From positions 310,001 through 374,000 of the forward strand of contig NW_026782148.1 of NCBI RefSeq assembly GCF_031769215.1: DNA of 64,000 nt. Reading direction: 5' to 3'. The DNA is from Ylistrum balloti (taxonomy: Eukaryota). The stretch's first letter is position 1. Every line of letters begins with the position of its first letter. A program made the translations under genes and the position numbers. This document shows positions 12,301 through 24,530 of this stretch, piece after piece. The notes under the pieces are model-generated. The model was not told the origin of the DNA, ran no database searches, and was given only the letters and a program-made list of their open reading frames with translations.

Positions 12301-15300
12301 ATGACAGACATAAAAATGGGGACGATTCATAAGAATAATATAATCTGCTGCTACAATGTATACCAAGTTCTCTGAACACCTTATTAATGGTTGTCATGTA
12401 TTAAGTTCTCCAAATTTGTTAGTGTATTTCTGTAATAAATTTCAGATAATTAAACTATATTTGTTCTGATGACAGATTTTATGTAGCATAGATTAGTTGT
12501 ATATGTTTAATTCACTGAAAAATTTCATAGTAGACTTTCTGTTGATTTCTTTTGCTCAAGTTTGACCCCACTTTTATGTTCATACAGTTGACTTTCATAG
12601 TTGATAGTGGACATCGATTAGGAAATGATGGACATTCCATCAAATTCTAACTTTATATTTGACATAATTTAAGACAAAAGGTAAAGATGTTTTGAAAGCA
12701 GTTGAATGCTGATATTTGCCTTGGTGATAACTGAAATATATAAGTTATTAAAAACTGAAAAAAAAAAAAAAAATCTGGAAATAAAACTGAAATCTATAAT
12801 AAGTTCAAGCACAATGTATTTATCCTGTATTTGTATTCAGCAAAGCAGCTGTCTTCCAGAGTCAACAATCAGGATATGACATTCATAGCTGTTATAATGC
12901 TCTCAGAATTTTGGAAGATTTTCATTAGAATTAAGCTGTAGTACAATAGGAATATTTTTTCAATATGTACAGCTGTACAGATAGATTTTGCACACAGGAA
13001 TTTACCAACTGTTGTTATAAAAGTGTGAGAAAGTATATGAATTTCTCTACACATTGTAGCACCTGCTGAAAATAATTATGGAAATAACTATTACATACCT
13101 TTTAAATGACCATTAACACTGAGAAAAATCTACTAAAACAAAAAAATATATCCATTTTAAATTCCTGTGTCTTTTTCAGATTGTACATATTTCATTGACC
13201 ATTTTTCATACATGATTTATGGATCTAATCCTTATTAGATTCCACACTTTGAAGTATACTTTGTGTTACTGGCAGTACATTTGTCCTGTTTCTGAAGTAT
13301 ACTTTGTGTTACTGGCAGTACATTTGTCTTGTTTCTGAAGTATACTTTGTGTTACAGGCAGTACATTTGTCCTGTTTCTGAAGTATACTTTGTGTTACGG
13401 ATAGTACATTTGTCCTGTTTCTGAAGTATACTTTACGTTACTGGCAGGAAACTTGTCCTGTTTCTGAAGTATACTTTGTGTTACTGGCAGTACATTTGTC
13501 CTGTTTCTGAAGTATACTTTGTGTTACTGGCAGTACATTTGTCCTGTTTCTGAAGTATACTTTGTGTTATTGGCAGTACATTTGTCCTGTTTCTGAAGTA
13601 TACTTTGTGTTACTGGCAGTACATTTGTCCTGTTTCTGAAGTATACTTTGTGTTACTGGCAGTACATTTGTCCTGTTTCTGAAGTATACTTTGTGTTACT
13701 GGCAGTACATTTGTCTTGTTTCTGAAGTATACTTTGTGTTACAGGCAGTACATTTGTCCTGTTTCTGAAGTATACTTTGTGTTACGGACAGTACATTTGT
13801 CCTGTTTCTGAAGTATACTTTGCGTTACTGGCAGGAAACTTGTCCTGTTTCTGAAGTATACTTTGTGTTACTGGCAGTACATTTGTCCTGTTTCTGAAGT
13901 ATACTTTGTGTTACTGGCAGTACATTTGTCCTGTTTCTGAAGTATACTTTGTGTTACTGGCAGGAAACTTGTCCTGTTTCTGAAGTATACTTTGTGTTAC
14001 TGGCAGTACATTTGTCCTGTTTCTGAAGTATACTTTGTGTTATTGGCAGTACATTTGTCTTGTTTCTGAAGTATACTTTGTGTTACTGGCAATACATTTG
14101 TCCTGTTTCTGAAGTATACTTTGTGTTACTGGCAGGAAACTTGTCCTGTTTCTGAAGTATACTTTGTGTTACTGGCAGTACATTTGTCCTGTTTCTGAAG
14201 TATACTTTGTGTTACTGGCAGTACATTTGTCTTGTTTCTGAAGTATACTTTGTGTTATTGGCAGTACATTTGTCTTGTTTCTGAAGTATACTTTGTGTTA
14301 CTGGCAGTACATTTGTCCTGTTTCTGAAGTATACTTTGTGTTACTGGCAGTACATTTGTCCTGTTTCTGAAGTATACTTTGTGTTACTGGCAGTACATTT
14401 GTCTTGTTTCTGAAGTATACTTTGTGTTACTGGCAGTACATTTGTCCTGTTTCTGAAGTATACTTTGTGTTACTGGCAGTACACTTGTCCTGTTTCTGAA
14501 GTATACTTTGTGTTACTGGCAGTACATTTGTCCTGTTTCCAAATGACTATGTTTTTTTTTTAAAGTAGTTGACATCATGAATAAAACAACTAACACTGCA
14601 TGGAACTATGTAAACATTGGCATTTCTGGAATTTCTTCTATACATCAGCATGTGCATGTCTGACTAACACAAGGAAAACAGTATTCTTTTATACCTGTGA
14701 TTCTAGTGTATTTTGTACCTTACAGGAGAAAAAAAAAGTATTATGAAGTCAATCCAGTGTGTCTCTTTACAGTTATACAGAATATAACTTTTTATATAAT
14801 GACAGTTCATAAAGGCTTTCAAAATTTTTTTCAGCAGAATAAAAAACTTTTATACACTAACTACAGAAGGCCTGATTCATTGCTATAGTTAGTTTCAACA
14901 TAATATAGGTTAATTAATCTTATAGAGTATCAATCAAAGACAATATTTGTGTTTAACAAGAGTAGATACGGAATCAGATAAATCAACATAATGCGCTTTC
15001 TTGACCTTGTCAGCACTTGTTGATATCAGTCTTTTGTCAGTATTAAAATTAAGGACAAACTAAGCTGGAGAGATCAGATGTTGATGTTCATGTTTCCATT
15101 TTCAGCTTATGATGGAGAATAAAGAAAATGTCATTGATGCTGTACAGGATGATAACAGGAAGGAAGAATTGCGTGAGAAGCTGACACAGGAACAGGATTT
15201 TCTGCGGGTGAGTTAATCTGTGGGAGAAGCCATGCCACCAAATGGGCCTGCCTTAATTTATATTTAGCGATACTCATCTAGAGACCTTTAAATAATGCAT

Positions 15301-17342
15301 GGGAGATATATCTGGATACCACTCTATTAGAATGGGTCAAATTCAGGGATAAGACATTTATAATTCATAATGTAAGACCACTGACTGTTCCTAGTAACAA
15401 GTTACTAGTTGTATATTTAGATGTAACTGATACCCTCCAATAAGATTCTATAATTGTCCCTGTATTATTTCCCCTAAAGGTATGTGTATCAAATTTGGCG
15501 ATATTTCCGATACACCTATATTGTTCTTTATGAGATGTACCTGTTAGGATGAGGTTAGGAGTGTCATATTTAAGCAGGGGCTCTGTTTTTATACCACAAT
15601 GTACAGAGTTATGGCCCTTTGTTGACCATGCCTTTGTCTGTAGAATTTCTCCTACTCTCTGTCACCTATAATTTGGTTACTGATCATTATTATCATGGAT
15701 GTTATGTATTCAATGTTGGTGAGACGTTATCTGTTTTTGCTTGTCAATGGCTAATTAAAGTTGATTATACAATAGTACCAACACTTTATCTGGTTTTTAT
15801 GGTTACTTTATAACAAAGTACAAGTGTTCGCTATCATTTTATGTCTCTGAAATAATCAGCTGTTGATGTTGGTAACAATCAACATTTCTGTTGTGGTACA
15901 GCACCAGCTGCAGGACCAGATGCAGCGTCATGCTGACAACATGGAGACTGCTCGTTTACAGTCAGAGGGCACAATAGAAAGTCTTCGCAAGAAACTCAAC
16001 ACTCTTCAGGAGGTATGTTACTATCCAAGCTCAGATGAATTAACCATTGATGATATGATATTGAATAATTGTGTAAAGATTTCCTCCCTATTACAATTGG
16101 TCACTGCAGAAGAAGTCTTATTCCCTGTTTACATTATGCCTGTCTTATTTATTTCTCTTTGTACATCAACAGGTATTAGTGAACACAGGAGAATCTAGTT
16201 TTAAACCTTACCGACAGGGCAGTCGTGCACGGTCAAGCTCCCCTGTTCAGTCCATCCTAGATACATCATTCCGCAAGGTAGGATATCTGCTGGCAGACAA
16301 CTATCTCACAGGAAAACAAATTTTTTGCCTTCCACATTTGTATAGGAATGAAAAATGAAAATAATTTCATTAAAATATATAAAATAAGTCTGTATTCGTA
16401 TGCCAATGTTGCTGTTTATAGAATAGGATTTGACTTTTCTTAGTAGAATTTCAAATTTGATTTATAATGAACTTGAGTCTCTTTTAAACTTAATTTTGAC
16501 ATGACACTGTGTTTAGTTCTCTTTTAGACATCGTACATTGAATGGTACCAACAGTTTAGTAGGCCACTATATATTAAGTTATAACTATAATATAAATATT
16601 CTAAAAGCTATTTCATTTATCATTGAATTCTTTTCCCCTTGTAGGATAGGTCACCCAGTCCTAATTTTTCAAGGCGAGGCTACCTGGCCCAGCGACCAAG
16701 GTCAAGGTCACGGTCTGAAGAACGGTCAATTAGTCCTGCATTTCCTGAGAGAGAATGTAAGTCTTGATTGAAAATTGTATACAATTTGGCATTTTTGTGA
16801 TCCGGTCATTTTCATACCAAACAAGATGATGCTAATGTTATTTCATACATGTTCAATCTGTACTTAGAGCTCAGAGTTTGTACTCTACAAAAATTCCATC
16901 TTTGATGCCACTTGAGTGTCAGGAATCAAACTTTACATAGGGAATATGCATGCAGCATTTACTAAAGAAATATACAAATTTACTTGAAATTGCTCCTATT
17001 TGAAAATTAATCCTGTCAAGTGCAATACATTTGGCTTTTCAATCTAATAGTATTTGTCAAACTTCAGTAAATGGAAACTGTAGAAGATAAAGCCAATATC
17101 ATTAGTCACAAGTTGAGGGTTGTATGATTGTTAAGATAAGGATGGATCTGGCATGTGTTTTAAAGGTTTGAATGAATATTAGACATTTTGAAATGTACCA
17201 CGTAATATCTTCAATTTAAAATGTACCACAAAGACTTTGCGACATAAATCTTACAACCAAATATTTGGAATATAAAAAAAAGCTCCACAAAATGAGGCAA
17301 TGTAAAACCATTTTTCTTTTTTTTTCAGTTTTAACAGCTTAG
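392..17342 (+). CDS. CNTRL: Centriolin-like (CEP110) coiled-coil protein, 3' portion; 5' exons lie upstream of the window
   Basis: 17 phase-consistent GT-AG exons: 392-609, 885-1042, 1955-2028, 2475-2663, 4012-4065, 5384-5485, 6757-6826, 7086-7186, 7787-7870, 9483-9623, 10813-10905, 11797-11928, 15106-15207, 15902-16012, 16173-16277, 16645-16756, 17329-17342 (TAG). The product is E/K/Q/L-rich heptad sequence. The segment KENLP...EELREKLTQEQDFLRHQLQDQMQRHADNMETARLQSEGTIESLRKKLNTLQEVL resembles the recalled human centriolin C-terminus (KENLP...EALREKLRHREDRLKAQLRHCMSKQAEVLIKGKRQTEGTLHSLRRQVDALGELV). Gene structure is high confidence; the name is moderate. Confidence 0.8.
1021..1760 (+). repeat. 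30-bp minisatellite (24 full units plus a degenerate one) copying the exon end and 5' splice site
   Basis: Unit TSYCTCAAACAAACATCCAAAG|GTATGTAC or |GTAGGTTC at exact 30-bp period. The first unit is the real end of exon 885-1042. Confidence 0.97.
2785..3819. repeat. 39-bp intronic minisatellite
   Basis: Unit AACTATAGAAAAACTATAAGGTATAGATACAAGGAAGTG, about 26 copies with small deletions, inside intron 2664-4011. Confidence 0.95.
5186..5320. repeat. About 65-bp direct duplication
   Basis: GACTTTTGG..GCTGGAA..GTTCC...AAAGGA.CAGAAATGCT..GGTGATGCTGAGCA occurs twice, starting at 5186 and 5250; a third GACTTT starts at 5315. Confidence 0.8.
6486..6650. mobile_element. Candidate MITE
   Basis: Ends CAGTGCTCTC (6486-6495) and GAGAGCCCTG (6641-6650) are 9/10 inverted. 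Flanks are AATCC and AATCA. The interior has repeated TTCCCAATT motifs. Confidence 0.4.
8457..8830 (+). mobile_element. Helentron-associated (HINE-like) non-autonomous element with two ~155-bp core repeats
   Basis: TTATTATGTTCCCCGTAGGGAAAGCGTATAG head with a short palindrome, then a GTCC-type microsatellite (TTGTCCATCCGTC), then diverged units starting at 8511 and 8665 with a third start at 8821. This layout is known from bivalve HINEs. Confidence 0.6.
13251..14539. repeat. 43-bp intronic minisatellite, about 30 copies
   Basis: Unit GAAGTATACTTTGTGTTACTGGCAGTACATTTGTCCTGTTTCT. Confidence 0.97.
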
Positions 17343-17456
17343 TCTGAGAGATTTTGTAACGGAAGGGTTTGAAGATGCTCCCCAAGAATAATGGTGCTGA
17401 ATATTAGAGGAAAATTAGTGACATTGTAGATTGCATCAAGGACTGCCATCCCATTG

Positions 17457-17462
17457 AATAAA
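17457..17462 (+). terminator. Candidate polyadenylation signal of the centriolin-like gene
   Basis: AATAAA about 115 nt after the stop; another AATAAA lies at 18142-18147. Confidence 0.35.
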
Positions 17463-19004
17463 ACAATCATGTTGAGAACAGCAATTCATGTGGATCATAA
17501 GAGCAATATACATCAGACATGTGACCTTCGTTATTTTGTAATTTCCTTTCATCTTTGTCCTTTTGGAACTTTAACAGTGTTAACCAACTCATTTGATCAG
17601 AGTGTGGTGTTTTAAATTTGGTATTTTTGAAACGAACATGAAATTTTGAGAAGTATTGAATGATATATTTTTAAGAAGAAAAATGTCAGTATTTTAAGTA
17701 ACATAGGGTCTGGAAACAGGGTGTTTGATGTGTTTTTGATATTATGCTATATTTGAGGGTTTAAATGCTGATTAAACAGAAATTAGTTGGGCAATTTATT
17801 TTTATGTAATCAACAGATAAATAGTAAAATAATTGCCTAGCATTTTTCATTTTAAACAGCAGGTATTTTAAATGGTCTTTAAGGTCATCAGTCTTGGCTG
17901 TGAAATGTTTTATCTTTTTATTTTGTTTTATTACGTGCCAGCCACGCATATCTGTGATATTGTAGTTTTCAAGTAGATCAAAAGTATTTTTAGTTTTCCT
18001 GAATGTAAATTTTCAAGATCATAGATTGATCATGTGTATGTTACACCAATATACTTTTTATTTGATTGTCTATAAACATTTAGTGTAAACATAGCCTGTT
18101 GTTACTGTGATATCATAAAAATGACCTTTTTTTTCTTTTTTAATAAATCTTGTGATTATTTACAGAAAGAACCCGTCCACATCATCTCTGATATTTGATA
18201 TCAAAGATTAAAATGGAACTTTTTTTATTGTTCTCAGTTTTTGATAATTTATTTTTAAACCAAGATTAATAGAGGGGGTGAGTTGTTATAACCAGGTGAA
18301 ATAGAAGTTGAATTGAAAGGGCTTTTTGTAACTATTTTTAACAGGTATACCTTTCCATTTTTTATAGTGTTTAATATTCAGTATTACTATTCAACAGTAA
18401 ATTATCTAAATTATTATAACCATAATCTTTAGAAGATTGAAATTTAGAATTACATTTTGTAAAATGTAGATGTATAGATGTCTTAATTTATTGTTTTATT
18501 ATTTATTTTGAAGTCTGTGATCCCAGGGTTCACTGAAGAAGTATAACTGAACTTTAATAGTAGTAGTAAAGCAGGATTAGTTTGATCAAGTGAAACATTA
18601 GCTGTTGATTTTCCACAGGGTTCTTAAACATAAGTGAGGAAGTTAGAATCTGATAGTATACCCCAAATAAAAATTCTGTCTACTGGACCATCAGATGTTA
18701 CCAACACCCAAACAGGACAACTGAGTTTACACTGGGATTTATACTAAATGTAGTGTAAATGGCTGACTAAGAACATTTTACAGTTTGAAAAAAAGTTTCT
18801 GTATATTTACAGAAATGTTATACATAAGAATTCCACTCCTACAGGAAACATTTGTATATTATGTAAGTTATTCAATTGTACAGTATTTTGTATGTAACAA
18901 GTATTTATACACATAAAGAGCTCTGTTTATTTAACGGAGGAGAAAATAAAATATGGTAAAATAAGCTATTTTTGTTTTTGTTAATACTGATAGTTCTTTA
19001 CTCT

Positions 19005-20323
19005 GTATCCCTCTGATTGTAAAGTGTAAACACAGTATTCCTCCCATTGTTGAGTGTAAGCACAGTATTCCTTCTGATTGTAAAGTGTAACCACAGTATT
19101 CCTCCCATTGTAGAGTGTAAGCACAGTATTCCTTCTGATTGTAAAGTGTAACCATAGTATTCCTCCCATTGTAGAGTGTAACCACAGTATTCCTCCCATT
19201 GTAAAGTGTAACCACAGTATTTCTCCCATTGTAGAGTGTAAACACAGTATCCCTCCCATTGTAGAGTGTAACCACAGTATTCCTCCCATTGTAGAGTGTA
19301 AAGACAGTATCCCTCCCATTGTAGAGTTTAACCACAGTCCTCCCATTGTAGAGTGTAAACACAGTATCCCCTCCCATTGTAGAGTGTAACCACAGTATTC
19401 CTCCCATTGTAGAGTGTAACCACAGTATTCCTCCCATTGTAGAGTGTAAACACAGTATTCCTCCCATTGTAAAGTGTAACCATAGTATTCCTTCCATTGT
19501 AGAGTGTAACCACAGTATTCCTCCCATTGTAAAGTGTAACCACAGTATTTCTCCCATTGTAGAGTGTAAACACAGTATCCCTCCCATTGTAGAGTGTAAC
19601 CACAGTATTCCTCCCATTGTAGAGTGTAAAGACAGTATCCCTCCCATTGTAGAGTTTAACCACAGTATCCCCTCCCATTGTAGAGTGTAACCACAGTATT
19701 CCTCCCAATGTAGAGTGTAAACACAGTATTCCTCCCATTGTAAAGTGTAAACACAGTATCCCTCCCATTGTAGAGTGTAAGCACAGTATTCCTCCCATTG
19801 TAGAGTGTAACCACAGTATCCCTCCCATTGTAGAGTGTAACCTCAGTATCCCTCCCATTGTAGAGTGTAAGCACAGTATTCCTCCCATTGTAGAGTGTAA
19901 CCACAGTATCCCTCCCATTGTAGAGTGTAACCTCAGTATCCCTCCCATTGTAGAGTGTAAACACAGTATTCCTCCCGATGTAGAGTGTAAACACAGTATT
20001 CCTCCCATTGTAGAGTGTAACCTCAGTACCCCTCCCATTGTAGAGTGTAACCTCAGTACCCCTCCGGTTGTAGAGTGTAAACACAGTATTCCTCCCGTTG
20101 TAGAGTGTAACCACATTATCCCTCCCTTCCCATTGTAGAGAGTGATATCAGTATTCCTCCCTTCCCATTGTAGAGTGTGATATCAGTATCCCTCCCTTCC
20201 CATTGTGGAGTGTGATATCAGTATCCCTCCCTTCCCATTGTAGAGTGTGATATCAGTATCCCTCCCTTCCCATTGTAGAGTGTGATATCAGTATCCCTCC
20301 CTTCCCATTGTAGAATGTAACAC
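19005..20323. repeat. 30-bp minisatellite switching to a 35-bp unit at its right end
   Basis: Unit ATTGTAGAGTGTAACCACAGTATTCCTCCC; from about 20117 the unit is ATTGTAGAGTGTGATATCAGTATCCCTCCCTTCCC. Confidence 0.95.
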
Positions 20324-21074
20324 ATTCTTCCTGTTTAGAACTCCCATTGCTAACTCTCACTGTCCTTATATTATTTTAAATTTAAGGAACAAAGACAATC
20401 CTATCATTATAGATTATGAAGTTTTTATCAATATAATTTCCGTTGTTTACTGTTCTAAAACAAACATAATCTTACTCTTGGAAATGTTTGACCACTCAAC
20501 TATATACAAGGAGCAGTCTTCTGTTATAGACTCGCCTGAAATACATTCTATACAATTTTATAGAATTTGACTTTTTAGCAAAGGTACCCATCCCGTGTAG
20601 ACGGTAAATCCATATTGTTTTAACGCACGGAATATGTAGCGTAGAATATTCTTAGTAGCAAGTGTTTCGTCTATATTTTAAAATTCATTCAGACATTACA
20701 ACATTTATAAGACATTGAGTGTCCAGCTAATCATGATAAAGACTCTATTTTTCAAGTAATTAAAGTTCATAAAATGCTGAACATGGTTTATCGTACATGT
20801 CTGATGGTTTCCTCTTGATGTAAGTGGTGGTGATATATATCTAGTAAAATGCAGTACACGGGTAACTGTCTATCTTCTCAAGCCTTAGTTAAAATAACTC
20901 AAACAAATCGGTTCCAACATATGTCACAGGTAATGTGTTACACTTAAAAAAACATCAATACAAAAACCAACATGGCAATATAATTATTATTTGAACTCAA
21001 ATGCCATAAAGCTAGCGCAAAATATGTACGAAAGGAAGATTAACATGGAGACTTGTGAAAATGTACAATGAGAA

Positions 21075-22130
21075 TGAGACCAGGTGTTCCGGAGAAGTAA
21101 GCGTCTTCTGCTTCATCGACGACACCCGCCACGTAAACCTTGGTCAATCCAAGTAAGAAAAGTCACGTTCTTAAATGAGGCAAATTAACGAGCATCAAAT
21201 ACGTCAAGTTTCATGTCACACAAAGAAATAGAATATTTCTCAATGAGACCTTGGCGACCATAAAACTTCCCATTATTTTCATCAACTAGCATCTTTTGAA
21301 CCCTTGTGTCACAAGTTTGTCAGTCAGTTGACGACTTCTAGCACAAAAACCGTCATAATGGGAACAGGCCCTTGAATATCGAATCAACTGTGGCATGCCA
21401 ATACCATAGGCTGGAGATGCAGGGATATTGCTTTCCCGAAATGGAAAACTCACAAATACGGAATTTGAAATCCTCCCGTTTATCATACAGCTTAATGGAA
21501 AGCTGTCCATGTTGATTTCCTTGCAGGAAAAGATCGGAATAAGCAGCTGATGTAGAAGAGTCTGTCGCATCTTTGATTTCTAGTTCTGGTAGATATATAC
21601 GATGGACTCAGCCAATACATGCTTTTATTATTTAAAGACAAGACGTCATCAATATACCCGAAGGTGATATTGCAAGGTCCTTGTGGCCTGTTTTGATAAG
21701 CTCTATAATAAATTCAACCTCATGTGAAAACAAAAAACAAGTCAGCCGACAGAAGGGTGCAGTTGGTTCCTATAGGTATGCCATTAGTCTGTTGGAATAT
21801 CTTACCACCAAACTCGACGAAGATAAGAACCTCGATCATTTTTATGATTTCATCCTCCTTAATATTTCTTTGATTTGGACGTATTTTGTACCAAATACAC
21901 TTCAGTATAATTCACAACCATATATTTATACCGCCGTTCATATGTCTTTGAGAAGAAAGTTATCATAACAAGATAACGAAGGCATTCCTTCAGTTTAGAA
22001 TGGGGTATGGTGGTGAATAGGGTGGAAATGAACAATATCAAACCTTGTTCATTTTGAGAGTAATTAGTTTAGACAATATTTCATTCAATATTCAACAATA
22101 TATACAATCGACACGTTAGATGACGGACAG
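21075..22130 (-). mobile_element. Decayed Penelope-like retroelement reverse transcriptase fragment
   Basis: Frameshifted minus-strand pieces in correct order: ISTLFTTIPHSKLK; FVEFGGKIFQQTNGIPIGTNC; GYIDDVLSLNN; ELEIKDATDS...IKLYDKREDF; FPFRESNIPASPAYG..QLIRYSRAC; FYGR. These match PLE RT motifs, with several stops and frameshifts. Confidence 0.8.
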
Positions 22131-23704
22131 ATTCTGATCTCAATTATCTGTTTGTGATTTTTCTTATATCCAAGAGAAAGTTGTCGGAAAAAAACAAGAC
22201 AATACGACAATGGTATGCATGTAAGTCAATGAATTTGTATTTTTTGGAATTTAAAGAATTTTGCGCTATTATTGACCCTGACTCATTCCGGTATCCAGTG
22301 GGTGGTTAACTGAAGCTGTAGACATATCGATACTCTTCAATTTTAATTTATTCAGCAACTGTGGGCGTGTCACTGTAACACGGGTTAACACCAGACTTGA
22401 GGCATGGTCCCGGTTTCCAATGAGTAATTTACATGTTATCAATATGTACTAATGATATTCTGACACGTACGATGTCGATATTTGTAAGTTCTGGTACTGA
22501 ATTTAAATATAGAGGATTAGTGTATGTATGCTTAAGTTTACAATTTGGATGTACCGAATGGAAATTGAATCATGCCTACCGTCAGGATACTTGCCACGAC
22601 AATATATTGGATATTCACGAGTTCATTGCGATGATTAAATCGTGAAATTATTTATATTTATAGAATAATTCCCAGTGTTCCATTGTGTTCAGCACCAGTA
22701 ACATATGCAAGGAAAAGTCACAAGACATACATCCCTATTGTAAAACGACATCGCCATTGGACACTAATGTAGGTTATTGGCGGGATCAAATATGAAACTT
22801 TGATACTGATAAGGATAAGATCATTAAAAATGGAAATGTATTTATTTTATACGATTTTTTCGTGCTTAAACTTATTGATACGTTTATTTTTTATCTTCAA
22901 CAGGAATATACTAGTATACCACAATCTCCAACCAGTCAGTTGTGCTTCTCTTCTATGCAGTTTTCGCCATCTCTAATGTTTTCTCGATCAGTTACAGGAG
23001 AAATGGATGTTCTATGACCAGGAAATGAGATTTCACACTAACATATATATATACACCATTATTTGAAGATTTGGAATCAACGACTAACGGGTAACATGTT
23101 ATACAAATTCTATAATGTCAATGCAAAACAAAGGACCAGATTGTTCATAATTCATTTTAGCCAGTTCAGCAGTTAATTTACTTAAGTGCATATACCCTCA
23201 AAGGGGTTAAGTTCACTGTTGCTGGCTGGATTATTGATAATGGTGCACAGATAAATATTATTAAATATAAATGTTGGTATACTTAACCGTGCATAGAAAA
23301 TATTTATTAAAATAGGAAAGTCCACTGCTTGAATTGAATTTAATCCCAACGTGTCATTGTATTGTATAATTTAAGTAATCACACCCAAAAGTAGAATTTG
23401 AGCACGAGGAATGGATCCAGTTGTGAAATGAAAAAGTCAATATTGTCGACATACAATAGATATCGGCGAGACGAAAGACTCCTGAAAGTTATTTGGGCCT
23501 GGATAGTTTAACACTGAAGTAGGTCTGAAATTAAAAGGAACTGCCAGTTTGTATTTCACTTATCCTCTCTTCGCGACTTTTCGTTTCCCGTTGTCCTCGA
23601 ACCTTTAATGTCAGCTTTCCCGCTCAAACTTCGCTTTATCAATCAAAACTTCCAAAGATGACTGTTTTTACGAAACAGTTTCATTTTCACGCATGCTCAA
23701 ATTA

Positions 23705-23815
23705 AAACGCCGATTGGTTACTGGTTATGAAACTATACACGTCATTTTGATTGACATGGGATATCTACGTCGGGGCGTGGTTTAAAACTTTGTATAAATG
23801 ACAATGATTGGACAT
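23705..23815. promoter_or_regulatory. Possible promoter (two CCAAT boxes and a GC box)
   Basis: GATTGG at about 23712 and about 23806, and GGGGCGTGG at 23771, in a locally CpG-rich patch. Motif evidence only. Confidence 0.3.
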
Positions 23816-24234
23816 TTTCAGTCGGTGATTTAGCTGAAATTGGCAATGAAATATAATACACCTGTCTGTTCAATACCTACACAAAGTCGTTTGTTTAAAA
23901 ACAAAAGGTCAATCCTGGAAAGGACCAAATCCGATATTGAAATGTTTTGTTGTTCTTACCGTAATGATAGCGCAAGGATATCATTGCTTTCGGATCCAAA
24001 AGTTCGCGAACCGAATGCTGTTGAAGCTAGAATTTTTCAAAGTGAAAGGGACACCAAATTGTATATTCTATTTTGTTTGCTGTTTAAGTGTTAAAAAAGG
24101 AAAAACTTGGAATACGAAATTATCATATTCTGTGGTTGTTTAAGATTCTGGAGGTTCTATTTCTGACACAGTTCGCGAACTTAAAAATTTCAGTGCACGT
24201 TCTGGTATGTACCATAAATGTTGTTAAAATTCTG

Positions 24235-24240
24235 TTTATT
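24235..24240 (-). terminator. Candidate polyadenylation signal of FMO
   Basis: TTTATT on + (AATAAA on -), about 250 nt past the FMO stop. Confidence 0.35.
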
Positions 24241-24374
24241 GTTAAAATTGTACTTCTATCAGTAGAACCGTCCTCGTGATTCAAGAGACTTACAGTGTTC
24301 TTAAAATAAAAATACTCGATCGTAAATACAGATTATATTATGTCTGAATATAGGACGCGGATGTTGTCAATGCC

Positions 24375-24530
24375 ATACACCACAGGATGTACAGAAACAC
24401 CAGAATCAGAAAACGATACACCACAGGATGCACAGAAACACCAGAATCAGAAAACGATACACCACAGGATGCACAGAAACACCAGAATCAGAAAACGATA
24501 CACCACAGGATGTACAGAAACACCAGAATC
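24375..24530 (-). repeat. 41-bp tandem repeat (about 3.8 copies) spanning the last FMO codons and stop
   Basis: ATACACCACAGGATGYACAGAAACACCAGAATCAGAAAACG starts at 24375, 24416, 24457 and 24498. Confidence 0.95.

Noticed and set aside
12830-12900. Possible extra centriolin exon after TTGTATTCAG
   Set aside because: There is no in-phase GT donor, and the phase-0 frame stops quickly. Flanking exons already join in frame.
18931-20116. MGGILWLHST-repeat ORFs
   Set aside because: They are minisatellite translations with frameshifts between units.
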